Source: Eledone cirrhosa (lineage: Eukaryota). From it: 64,000 nucleotides of DNA. The position numbers and the translations under genes were made by a program. Positions 1 to 13,700 of this stretch are shown in pieces. Below the pieces are notes generated by a model, which saw nothing but the letters and a program-made list of their open reading frames with translations, ran no database searches and was not told the DNA's origin. The stretch covers positions 194,246,001 to 194,310,000 of the forward strand of contig OZ024740.1 of assembly GCA_964016885.1 (NCBI GenBank), read 5' to 3'. Within the stretch, counting starts at the first letter, position 1. The number at the start of each line of letters is the position of its first letter.

Positions 1-40
1 TGGCGTCCGACCCTCTACCGATACTGCCAATCCACCGCCC
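1..40 (-). mobile_element. 5' head of a tRNA-derived SINE (continues beyond window start)
   Basis: Reverse complement GGGCGGTGGATTGGCAGTATCGGTAGAGGGTCGGACGCCA matches the head of the SINE copies at 5367 and 59148. Confidence 0.85.
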
Positions 41-2329
41 CAAGTAATAGTCAAAATAATAATAGATAAGAAATGTGGGCTGTTTCTGGATAATCCCAAG
101 TTAACATTGTTCGAGTAGTATGTCTCAGATGCGACCATTCATCATTTTTCAATATTTTGATCAGCAATACACGATGCATTTTTTTAAGACATTAGGATGT
201 GATGTATATGTAATTTTGCTGATATTTTTACCAGTTTCAGCAACCAAGCAAATGTTTTATTATTGATTAATTCAAAATATTGAGTTGGAAGATATATTAG
301 ATACAACCGAATATTATTTAAATCATCTCCACCCAATTTTACCCACAAGGTATGGGTCGATTCAAAGCTATTCTAAATTATACTTACCCAAGATACAACG
401 AAATAAGATCGAACATTGTATCTAATGAGTGCGAAGCAAACGTTTTAACCATTAAACTATGCTGCACTACACATGAAATATGTAGTGTGGATCTCCTCAT
501 TCAACTATATTTCATAATGTGTGTTGAAATGACAGGGGCTCCTCATTAAATGAAATTGAATAAAACTTATTTTAATGTTGTCTCAGTTCGTCATTGAAAG
601 GTTTTCTCTTCTTAAAACATACACTTTTATAGCAATCAATTATCATTTCTTACCCCAACAAACTCTATTAAGTATATCTACGTGTTTTGTGTGTGTCTGT
701 GTGCATTGTTTACAATATTTATATTCTACACTCGAAAAGCTGATCTAATTTCAACATAACATGAATAATTTCATTATTTAATAACATCCATTATATATAC
801 TGGCCTTTATGCATTCAGTCAAGGGATTCATTCAGCAATAATGAGACAAAACTATAACTATACAATGATATATATATATATACAAACACACACACATACA
901 TAAATATACATGTATGTACATGTATATATATATATATATGTGTGTGTGTGCGTGTGTATATATATATATATATTCCGGTTTTTGCAGGTTTATCTAAATT
1001 ATGCATCTTGCGTACCGATGATTAATTTTAAACTATCATAATTTGATATATTGGCCTGATATTCTAGAAACAATGGTTAGAAAACAAATCGTTTGCGGAG
1101 GAAGTAGGGAAATATTGATGATCATATTAAATGTAATTGATTTAAATTGGAGAAATAGTTTGAATCATATCTCTTTAAATACGTTTCAATACACGACAAT
1201 CAGAATGAGAATGAAATACTTTCTATTCCATATTCAATATTGCATTACCATAAACAATACATATCTAAAATAGGATTGTTTTATAATCGTGCACATATCC
1301 TACCATATCGGTTATTACACATGGTTGAAGTACATCAAGTGTTTTCTGATCACCAGGCAATGAAATAATGTTTTGTATCAATGGGCCCCAATACCTATTA
1401 AATCACTATTGTATCTCTGAACTTTTTATCAATACAAATGAGAATAGTAATTAAAGTAACACTTTCTCTAATTCAAGCAATACGCACAGGGTGAGTTAGA
1501 TTTGGTACAGCAAGTTGACAAAATGAGTATACAATTTATAGGGCTCACAATTTTCAATGTTAATATATACGATCTTGCGATATTTACGAATGGTAATATT
1601 AACGATGATTTAATAATATTAATTAGAGACCCAATAATAAGAAATAGCATTTCCAGTGTCCGTATAATCTATTAATCAATAGAATGCATTTATAATATTA
1701 GACTTTACTTTGATAAACTGCTTTCTTGCGTACACACTTTTCGTATAAATCGTTAGACACTGAAAATACCAACACGATTGAATTAGTATCATTATGATTT
1801 ATGGTTGTTTCCCATTTAACGAAATATAATTGAATATAACTCGATAAATAATATCAATTATTTAACTTTTCTTCATCCGCCATACGCATCGAACTACACA
1901 TTTTTCGTATGGAAAGATGGCAAAAGTACAGTGAAGGCCTTGAATGTCCAAGTATTTGTGGATACAGCAATGGTGATACATTCAATAGTATGGTGGTCTA
2001 TGTTTCGACCAAATGTTCTCCTCATTTAAGCATACCATCTCGACTCTACTGCTAAAGACAAAAACTACAGACACCATACAGCACGAAAAGACACTCATCG
2101 AACATAATAAATAGATACCCATAGCACATATTCACACAACTTATAAACACACATCAGAATTTCAATTTTCCACCACACAGAGAACATGAATATCATATAT
2201 TAAATAAGTGTGTATGTCTGCATATTTGGGAAAAAGATATTCGACTGTGATCTCCTATGGTCTCTTCCAGACGACCGTCTGAGTGAAGTGACTAGCAGAA
2301 ATCGTAGGAGCTGACGGTTGAGTATTTTC

Positions 2330-2451
<122 letters not shown>

Positions 2452-2555
2452 AACAAGTAGGTAGTAACATGTGCTGGCGCCGTATTTGACTACATAGAAT
2501 TAGTCTGTTAGATCGGATTTTAAAAAACCCTCTGACTGGAAAAAAAGGGTGAGTA

Positions 2556-2627
2556 TTGACGTACATGGAACACGAACCCACATCTTTGGTTTGCTGGACC
2601 AATGTGCTACCATTACACCAACACGCC
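2556..2627 (-). pseudogene. tRNA-like sequence (AGC anticodon, Ala-like); pseudo-tRNA or SINE head
   Basis: Minus strand reads GCGTGTTGGTGTAATGGTAGCAC (A-box/D arm), TTGGT-CCAGCAA-ACCAA (anticodon arm), GGGTTCG (B-box/T arm), a wobble-rich acceptor stem, then a T7 run. Confidence 0.6.
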
Positions 2628-2831
2628 ACCCATGCGTCCCTCCATTTAAAGATGTGGGTTCGTGACCCATGTATGTCAATACTCATCCTTTTTTCCATTC
2701 CGAGGGTTTTTTTATAATCCCAACTAAAAGACTAATGCTATTTAATCAAATAAGGCGAAACCAAATGTTACTACCTAATTTTCAAATTCGCTAGCCGTTT
2801 GTAAACAAAGCCTGCTTTGAGTTTCCCTATT

Positions 2832-3139
<308 letters not shown>

Positions 3140-3341
3140 TGTGAGAAAAACCACAGACCCTCCATCTCAACTCTCTACTTTTGAAAAGCAGAAGACTGCG
3201 AAACGGGTAAAGGAGCCAAATAAATATATATATTTTTTTTAAATATGACTCCAGTTTCATTTTCGATTTCATCTTTTTTTCTTTATACTTTCACTCGTGT
3301 AGAACACCTCGGTTATTTTTCATTTTGTAAAAAAACCTCAC

Positions 3342-3427
<86 letters not shown>

Positions 3428-4759
3428 CGCTGCAGGATCATTTTAAAACAAAATGGAAAATATAGCGCGAATTAATACACCTATAGACCTATATATTCAT
3501 TAACCCACAAGCATGCATATTATATTAGGTATTAAATTTCTCATCAAAGTATACCTTATGTTTGACGATGAAATCATCTAATCTTCCTCAAAGCAAATCA
3601 TTGAATGTTACTAGTGATTTCAATAATCCAATACTGCTGCGGAAAAATAGTAAAAGAAGTTGATCTGGCGCTCAGATGGTAAAAGAAAAATCAAATAAAA
3701 CTGCTTGTGGATATGGTGAACTATAATGGCTCTCATTATTTATGCGAGTGAATACCTGCTCTTGAAATCGAACAATGGTCTGCTTTACTCTTAAGAGGTT
3801 TGACATACAAATGATCCTTCCCGTATTTGTATTCCCATCGAAACGCAATAAAAAACGTATTCACCTGAGGAGGAAATATAGAATATAGGTCAAGGTATAT
3901 TCTACCGGAAAACAACCACTGTAGTGAACAAACGCAGAATATCTGAACATAGCAAAATAGAACTGAATAATAATGAGCATTAACACAGACTTTGTTCAAA
4001 GACTGGCAAGTATTTTATCATACCGGGCTTGATCGGCAGATATCCCAACTCTTTACTTAGCTGATCAACATGCTGTGGAACCAGACATGCAATGATGGAT
4101 TTTATGGGAGGCAACATGACACACAGTCTATTTGTATATGCTGCTAGATTCTTGTGGTGGTCACTCCGTCACCGTGTGATACCTGCTGTCTATATGCATG
4201 TATTGTTAGGGTTATGCTTACTAGCATTGATAGAGTCAAGGAAGGTATTAATGTTGGAGCTATTACTATGTGAATGTGTTTCGTTTGAGTGGGAAAGACA
4301 AGGATTTTCGGTCGTGGTTATTTCCGTCTGGGGTTTTGTATATGTGATTGCTTGTTTGAAGTTATTTCTATGTAGTGACCCACGACTGTTGATATTGACG
4401 CATGCTGTGATACCGGGACATTTAAACTTTAGTAGTTTCATTTCATTGTGTAAGCGACCTGTATCAATGATGCGTGTCCAGCATATGATGATGTGTACTG
4501 AGTTGTGTGCTTTGAAAGTTTGTTACTTTTCTGGTCTCCTCATAAATACTTTCAACACCAAACTAGCTGAACCTTGAAATATTCTATCAGTGCTATTAGC
4601 CTGAAATTAATTACGATAAAGTTTGAAAGTAGTTTTAACACTAATTCATAAACATGGCACCGAAAGACAGACAAATAGCACTAGATATTTGTCATTTACC
4701 TCCAAAATCATCTCTACAGAATAATATGGAAACATATAAGATAAAAAGAATTCTTTTTT

Positions 4760-5300
4760 GACAAAACCAAATAAGGTTCACCGAAGAAAAATTTCTAACA
4801 CACCCAAATGATAAAAGCATTTGTTAATGGTACGAAGGTTGGTACATTGGCTTGACTCGATCGGATGGGGAGTTTTGTTATGAAATGAGGAACTCTGACA
4901 CAACAGGAAGTTTAATCATATGCGTCACCTATTTACTGAAAGATAGAAATCAACTTGCACAAATCAACTGTGGCCTATCCGAAAGGTTTGTGATTATAGA
5001 GAATCATTTTAGTTCTTTATAACGTTTTCAGACATCGAAAAAATATATTCCTATAGCAACTCCATCGTTGCTATTAGATCTTGATGTTGGAAAATACAAA
5101 CAGAAAGTCAGATATATAGATATATGACCTGCTGGAGATGTTGCCATTCATTATCATACTTTTCTCTAAAGCAATAATGATAACGTGTCCTCATATGCAT
5201 GCGCGAGATGTCCAAGTTGTTGCTCCAGCCCTTGGCATAATAGTAAAAAAGGACGACAGGAATATCTGATACTGCCATATTTGAAAACTATCGTTCTCCT
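4760..5300 (+). pseudogene. Possible highly degenerate CR1/L2-like LINE RT relic
   Basis: Translation fragment TYLLKDRNQLAQINCGLS resembles the SYLxxRxQxVxINxxxS RT segment; no open frame. Confidence 0.3.
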
Positions 5301-5366
5301 GCTCTCGTATAAAGATATATACAGAAAAAAGACTTTGCAATTAAGGGGACACTATTATACAACTAC

Positions 5367-5556
5367 AGGGCGGTGGATTGGCAGTATCGGTAAAGAGTCG
5401 GACGCCATGCTTTGACGTATAGAGTTACGGCCCTTGCCATTCTGAGTTCAAATCCCGCCGAGGTTAACTTTGCCTTTCATCCTTACGAGGTCGATAAAAT
5501 AAAGTACCAGTAATGCACTGGGTAATTGGTGGCCTTGTGCCAAACATAGAAACAAG
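5367..5556 (+). mobile_element. Full-length tRNA-derived SINE with Meta-like central domain and 14-bp TSD
   Basis: A box TGGCAGTATCGG, B box GAGTTCAAATCC, central GCCTTTCATCCTTACGAGGTCGATAAAATAAAGTACCAG. TATTATACAACTAC is repeated at 5353-5366 and 5557-5570. Confidence 0.9.
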
Positions 5557-8039
5557 TATTATACAACTACGTTGCAAAATTTAGAGAACATGAAAAACAA
5601 CCTTTTACTTTTAGCATGTACGTAAAAGTATTAGTTTCTAGTACCCGGCTCAGACATCTGCACAATGTTACAAAGACTGCAGAGCGGCGTCGCTGTATTC
5701 GTCGATCCACCAACTTAAATATTATATAACTTAACTTCTGAAGAAGGTTAACCTTAGGACCTTCACTGAAACAACACAAAAGTCATAGAATATTCAGATT
5801 AATATAGATGTTCTCTATTGTGAATTAAAATCTAGCCCACTCATCAAGTCTTTGACAACGGTATCATTCTTCTGCAACAATGAAATCAATATCAGGAACT
5901 TCTCTTAGTAGACTAAAGTTATTTAAATTCTTTCCAGTTTGTTGCGAATTATCAAGAACGCATCACTGAATGTATTTAAAACCACATGAATGTTTTTTCA
6001 CCTGCAATAACTATTTCTTGCTATCAATGACCAAACTGTTCAATGACCGCTATTCGATACAAATTGAACTATGATTAATTTGTTATTGCTACAATGCTAC
6101 TGTACATTATTTGTCCCGGTAGCATTGTAAGCACAGATTAAATATAATTATATATATCATACCAATAAAATAGTTTATTATATTTTTACGAACCAGAAGA
6201 TGTCTGATTTTTCGAGCCTAAATGAATGTACACAACGAAAGAAGTACACCAGACAATGTTTATGTGCGTGTATGTGTAATTGTGTGTGTATTTGTGTATA
6301 TATATATATATATATATATACGATTGTTAAATTTATAACATATATATATAATATATATATATATATATGTGTGTGTAGATTAATGTTGTTAGATTTATAA
6401 ATATTATAAATAACAACAAACATTTCCTGGGAAAGTAATACATTTAGAAGAGTAAAATTCAATATACATATTGGATTAACTAGAATTCTGAGTTTCGCTT
6501 TCTCCAACTTCTTTACACAGTTTCACTTCAGTCAATATTTCTGATATATGCGTTCTGACATACACAAACAGAGACACACACACAAGTACACATATATGTA
6601 CATATATGTACATATATATATACTTATATACATATATATTTATACATATATATATACATATATTATGATGATGGCTGCAACTCGATTTTGAGTAATGCCA
6701 TCGCTTGATACTTAACCATGAGTACCATGGAGGTGGCGTTTTATTCCTCCTAGGGACTTCCCTATGGTCAGCAATACCACATATCGCAAAATATGTCACA
6801 TATCAAACGATGCCTGAGATTGACGCTTTTTTTAAGTGATGAAAGGCTTTGCACTGGGTTAATCTCACTCTCTAAACATCGAATGCATTTTCCCCAAAAG
6901 AAGAACTGGTCTACAACATTGAATACAAACGAAGTCGTAGGTTTTATATCAGAGTGACCTTCCAGAGAGATGTCTTAATGAACACTAGGAGTCTCTACTG
7001 CACAAAAAAGTATGTGGGTTTTGTATATCTAATTATATACGCTGTTTACAAAAAACATTAGATATAAAAATTTACAAACTAATTTTTAAAAAATTTACAA
7101 ACTAATCAGCAATGCCGGAGCGAAAACTTTAATTCTACTTTCCGACTTAGCCGGTCCGACAGCTCCATATACAAAGAAGGCTAATCAGCCCAAGTACATA
7201 GGTGTAAAAACTATATATTCTCGCCTGTATTAAATTCCAGCAGAGAGCAGGGTTGGGGAGCACTATCTTGAGAACAGCCATTAGCTAGAGACGTTCGTTG
7301 ATAGTTATCCTCTATTGCATCTCCTGGAATCCTATTTATATATATTGCAAAATACACTATATATACATTCATATATATATAGCTATTTCAGAGCACCAAT
7401 TCTAATTTTCAATTTCTGCTTGACCGGCAACCGCTCTGTATAATCAGTTCCTGATTATTTACTAGAATTCTATAAGAACCAAACATCCATGATTTCAGCA
7501 AACAGGAGGAGTAGTTGGCTTTGATAAGCATCAATAAATGCGAAACAGGGCCTTGTCAGCTTTAACTCCCCTTGTTTGTTGAAAATGAGTGAGTCTGTCA
7601 CTACTTTAAAACAATAGCATAAGGTCTTCGAAATGCTTTTAATTAAGCATACAGTGTATTGTAAAATACACTATCTATACATTCATATATATATAGCTAT
7701 TTCAGAGCACCAATATATATATGGGCATGTATGTGTGATGGCGTACGCGTGTGTACAATGCGTATATTCGCACATATTCTTCGTAAAGCAACATTTGATG
7801 CGCTGCTATATTCTGTAACCCATATATAACTCAGTGAAGGATTTTCGGTGGTCAAGTCAGAGTAATATATGATGAAACTTTTCAATGCAGTTTTCTTTTA
7901 AGAGGTAGAGCTTCGTATTTCATTATAATTTGTATTTTGGTCCGTCTGCAAAGATTTCGCATATTCTTCTTCTTCTTTATATCTCCGTCGCTTCTGGTGA
8001 TGAAAGTTCCAGTTGTTTAAACACCGTAACAGCTTGCTC

Positions 8040-8285
8040 ATGAAATTGATATGCAAGTGACTGAACATTCTATTGATTTATGCACATTTAAAGTAAATCT
8101 CATGGCGATACAACGTAGCATGGAGTATGACAACGCTGGCCTATTGAAGTTACAGATACTACTCAGTTTTGCTTGCCGAATTGACTGTTGAAATAAAGTG
8201 TCTTCTTCAAGGATGGCGCGTTGCTATGAATTGTAGTCATGATCTTACGATCGTGACACGAACACCCTGACACCTAAGCCACGTG
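8040..8285 (-). mobile_element. Degenerate tRNA/CORE-like SINE
   Basis: Minus strand GTGGCTTAGG...TCCTTGAAGAAGACACTTTATTT resembles the copy at 56214. Confidence 0.5.
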
Positions 8286-8739
8286 CATCCACCTTAATTT
8301 CGTATAAATACTTTGAAGTCCTTGCTAAACCTTAATGTATGTAAAATATATTATAATAAACAAATCTTTAAAACATTGTATACTTATGTTAATTCTGCGT
8401 AGAGCGGAAGGCTTTAACACAGATCAAGACTTTATGACCAATGTCTACTCGAAAACTATATAGCTGCCATTGTTCCTAATTGCGTATTCATTACATTTGT
8501 TATATACACAACTTCCTTCTTCACATCGTTTCTAAGGAACCTCTTGATTATATATAGTCCTGTAAACAGCACTTGGTTTCCTATACCCCGTGGCTGGATG
8601 AGTGCTACATAGATATACATTATTTGTTGTCCATCTCATTATCAAACTTTCACACAAACATTAAGGCACCGTTTCCTTTAATAACCGCATATCAAAATGT
8701 GTGTCCATGCTGGTTTCGTTGTAGATATACGAACATAGG

Positions 8740-8902
<163 letters not shown>

Positions 8903-9220
8903 ATGTATATAATCTTAGAAAATGAAGAACTCATAAGCGCCAATAAACACTGTAACAACAGTCGATTGATTAGAGAGTCGGCTAAACTCACCCTGCAGAG
9001 AGGGAAATTTTTCAAACATTCGCTATAAAGAATCGGTCTACACCCCAGCCACCCCAGACACCCCACCCCTCCCCTCAATTCCGGTAGAGTTTACTAAGCC
9101 ATTGAGTTAAACGGCCCCTGATAATAGCCTCCTTCTAAATATAAAGCTAGCTGAACAACTTAGAAAATGTAGAAATCTTAAATTCAGAAAATAACTGTAA
9201 CAACAATCGATTACTATAAA

Positions 9221-9405
9221 TAATTGTTTCTACTTTTGGTACAAGGCAAGAAATTACCCAGTACATTACTGGTACTTTATTTTATCGACCCCGTAAGGAT
9301 GAAACGCAAAGTTAACCTCGACGGCATTTGAACTCAGACAGTAACGGGACGTAAAGAGACGTAACTATGCTGGAAAGCATTGTGTCCGACCCTCTACCGA
9401 TACTG
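9221..9405 (-). mobile_element. Meta-domain tRNA-derived SINE copy
   Basis: Reverse complement of the 5367 family, e.g. ...ACTGGTACTTTATTTTATCGACCCCGTAAGGATGAAA...TTTGAACTCAG. Confidence 0.88.
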
Positions 9406-10684
9406 TATTAATTTACAGAATTAATTACATTTTTGACCAGATACTGTGCGAAGCGAAATGGAAGTCCAGCTGTACAACTTGTATATGACGAGAGTACATC
9501 ACGCATCCTAGCATCAGAAGTAGTCAGCACATTACATTGTAACTGTAGAACTGTAGACTATTATCATGAACAAAACACATATTGTGTATGTGTGTGTGTG
9601 TGCGTGTGCGTGTGTGTGTGTGTGTGCGCGTGTGTGTGTACATGTGTGTGTGTAGGGGGGGATGCGTTTGTATGTGTATGTGCGAGTATGGTGTCGTTAC
9701 GCAAAAAAAAAAGAAAAGCAACATCCTATGTATAAAATAAAAGCGAGTTTTTTCAGGTGATGCTGAAAGATATTGCGCCTGCAAATAGAGATTACTAACG
9801 TTTACACGGTAATGACAACTACCAGAGATTTATGTTTTGCAAAATTGCCTTATTTTATCATTAATTCATGTTGACAATGTATACATTTCATCCACTAATA
9901 GTTCGACAGTTTACACTATCTGAAATATCAGCGAAATTAAGAGAACATTTAATGATATATCCGTGCATATTTCTAAACATTGCTATGGTCGTTTGTTTCA
10001 GTGTAATGTCATCTCCAGGAAGACATCTGAAATATTATAAACCGTAAGGTAATAGAATGAAAGTAAAAGTTAAAACAAGGAATATTAAATGGCTGGTCAA
10101 GATTGAAGTATAAGGTAGTTTATTATTAGTCAGATGTATATTATCTGCTGCCTCTATTTTAGCGAACGCAATTCTGTTTATCATTGCATGTGTAATATTA
10201 TGCTTCGTATTTGCTGTTTCTGTAGTATTGAACGTGATCTATGTAATATGTATGTAGTGTTCAGTCGTTCCAGGGGGTTGGTTTGCTTATAAATGTATCT
10301 GTTTTTCTTTTTATCATAACGAAAGCAAATGTTACTATTGTAGGCACCGTTTCTGGTTCCATATGTGGATACTTTTTATCAGTATTATTTGCTTTAGTAA
10401 ATTGATGGGGTCAAGTTTGCCTTTCATCTATTTGAAGTCATGAAATATATATAATCAACATTCCCATCAAATTTCTGGCCTTGAAACTAAAGTATGAATC
10501 TTTATAAGCATGTCTGCCCTGACATACAGAGAGATTTGATAATTGGTATTTTACGATTACATGGCAAAGATGTGGAGGGCTAAGAGAATTATGAATCCTT
10601 ATCATTAGAGAGTGCATATATCTTTCTGTGTTAATATGCTTTCGTCATTTCTAGATAAATATATATATATATATACACATATAT

Positions 10685-10769
<85 letters not shown>

Positions 10770-13700
10770 TGCATTTATCTTGCTTTATGTTTATACGAGT
10801 TATCACCAAGTCACAACCAGTGACCTCAAGAGACAACGAGGTCCGCCATGTTCAAGAAAGAACATACATATTCACACATGCATCCTTAGTGTTTAGACTT
10901 GTGATGTACTTATATTGACAGGATCTTCCTTAGTATATGGGCAGTTCCCATTAGTACTATCTTTTGTATTTCTCCTACACGCGGGTTTCCTGGGATTTGC
11001 GATAAGTAGTCGTTAGACCCCTTAGGTATCATTCCCAGAGCGCCTACAACCACTGGTATTGTTTTAGTTCTCAATTTCCACATTTTTCCAATTTCTATCT
11101 CCAGGTCCTTATACTTGCTCAATTTTTCAAATGTTTTTATAGATACATTCTTGTCTATTGGAACAGACATATCAATTAGCAGGCATACCCTCCTTTGAAA
11201 GTCCTTCAATATTATATCAGGTCTATTTGCATCTATTTTTCGGTCTGTTTGGATGCTAAAGTTCCACAAGATTGAGATGTGATCTTTTTCAAGTATGGGA
11301 GGTGGTTGATGCTCCCACCAATTCTTTTGATGGGGCAGGTCAAAATGCTTACACATTATCCAATGTATGTATTGTGCAGCTCTGTCATGCCTGTTTAGGT
11401 ATTCGGTTGGAGCTATAGGACTGCACATTGAAATTATATGGTCAATGGTCTCTGGTTGTTTTTTGCATACACGGCATAATGGGCTGCACCCATTTTTTAT
11501 TATGTTGGCTTGGTAATTTTTTGTTGGCAGACACTGATCTTGTGCGGATATAATCAGTCCTTCAGTCTCCGATTTCAGTCCAGAGGATGCCAACCACTGA
11601 TGGGTTAAAGTTTTGTCAACATCAGGATTGTTAGCTCGCTCTGGGTATTTTCCATACAGAGGCTTTTCTTGCCATTTCTTAGCCAGTTTCTGTAGCAGTT
11701 CTTTCTTTGCAGTTACTTTTACCTGCTTTGCTTTTTCTGTGTTTTCCATTTCAGCAGTAAATGGGACTTCTGAAATTTGTAGTCCATTACTGTATCTTTG
11801 TGCATCTTTTGTAATGGAATATGATCTTTTGGTGCTTTCGTGTTTCAAAACGAGTTTGATCATCCAATCATGTGATTCCCTTAGATATGTGGATAATCCA
11901 ATTGTTGCAGTTTTCAACGCAATGTCTAACTGGATTAACCCACGTCCTCCTTCTTTCCTAGGGAGATATATTCTATCTATGTCTGCCTTAGGGTGATGCA
12001 TTCTGTGCATGGTTAAGAATTTTCGGATTTTTGTATCGAGCCTACGGATCTCTGTGCTTGACCAGTTGATGACATTGTAACTGTAGGTTACTACTGGTAT
12101 GGCAAGCGTGTTTATGGCATCGATCCTATTCCTTGCATTCAATTCCGTTCTTAAGATTGCTCTGACTCTGCGGTAACATTCCTTCCTTATCCTTTCCCTC
12201 ATTGTCGAGTGCTTGATTCCGTCTCCTTCACAAACACCTAGGTATTTGTAAGTTTGTTCTTGATCAAGCTCTCTTATCACGTTCCCCCGATCAAGATTAA
12301 TGTCTGAACTCTTCAGCAGCTTTCCTCTGGTGAACGTTGCTTTGGCGCATTTATCCAGTCCAAACTCCATTTTAATGTCATCACTGAACTGCTTCACAGT
12401 GGATAATAGCCCTTGCAATTGTTCATCATTTTTTGCAAATAGTTTCAGGTCATCCATGTAGAACAGGTGATTAATGGTTTTGTCATAGACTCTATATCCA
12501 TGTTTTGTTTCATTGAGCATTTTACTTAATGGTATAAGTGCGATGCAGAATAAAAGCGGTGATAAAGAGTCACCCTGAAAAATTCCACAATTAATGTTAA
12601 CTTCTCCAGCTTCCAGTGATTTTGTTTCACTATTCAAAAGGAGTGTCGTTCTCCATGTCCTCATACTGAATGACAAAAACCTCCTGATAACGGGGGATAT
12701 TTTGAAAATCTCTAAACATTTTTCAATCCAACTGTGTGGCAAACTATCAAATGCTTTTTTATAATCTATCCAAGCAATCGATAGATTTTTGTGTCTATTA
12801 TGACAATCTTCCAGTATCATTTTGTTAACCAGAAGCTGATCCTTACAGCCATATGAGCCTCGTTTACACCCTTTCTGCTCAATGGGAAATAGGTCATTTG
12901 TTATCAGGTGGTCATATGTGTATTCAGTTAGGACTGATGTTAAAATGTTATACATTGTGGTCAAGCAGGTTATCGGTCTGTAATTTTTGGGATTGTTTGT
13001 CTCATCATTCTTCGGTAGCAGGAATGTAATGCCGTTAACTAGCCATGATGGTATTTTTTCTGGCTCCTTAACTATTTCATTGTAAAGTTGGGCTAACAGC
13101 TCATGAGACTCTGTGAAGGCATTTATCCAAAAGTTTTGTATTTTGTCTTTTCCTGGGGATTTCCATTTGCTGGTTTTTCTTAGAGCCAAGCGCAGCTGTT
13201 CAACTGTTATATTTTCCCATGTTTGTTCTTCAAGGTGAGCTGTTTCTTTCATTTGTCTGTCTATCCATGGGGCATGTATGTTATGAACTTTTTCTTCGGC
13301 CCAGATCTTTTCCCAGAATTCTTGCACTTCCTCCTTGGGTGGTATTGATTTAGCAGTTATTGTTGACTTACCAATTTTTCTGTAGAAGTTTCTTTGGTTG
13401 TTTTTGAACATATTATTGTCCTTATAGAATCTAGATCGTTTTTCAAAGCGCCTTATACGAGCAGCTTTGGCCGACACTTTTTGCTTGATTGTTTCTATCA
13501 GCATGTCTATGTCACATGTTGATCTTATACTGTACTTTTTTTTCAATTTTCTAAGTTTAGTTTGTTTAACATGTTCACCTACTTTATAGTTTGTTAAAAT
13601 TTCTATGTCAGATCGGAGAAGGTTTATTTGGCGATTGATGTTATCTTGCCAAGTAGATTTCTTGTGGGAATTCCTTTGTTTTTTCATCTTCACTCCACAT

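Noticed and set aside
1380-1700. Faint LINE RT similarity (GLTIFNVNIYDL)
   Set aside because: A single weak motif with no supporting frame.
2250-2312. Possible hammerhead near CTCCTATG...CGTAGGAG
   Set aside because: Core and stem II are too degenerate to call.
3830-4000. Possible GIY-YIG relic (KRRISEH)
   Set aside because: The GIY and YIG motifs are not recoverable.
4092-4577. 161-aa hydrophobic ORF as a host gene
   Set aside because: GT-biased low-complexity sequence with no recognisable domain or splice context.
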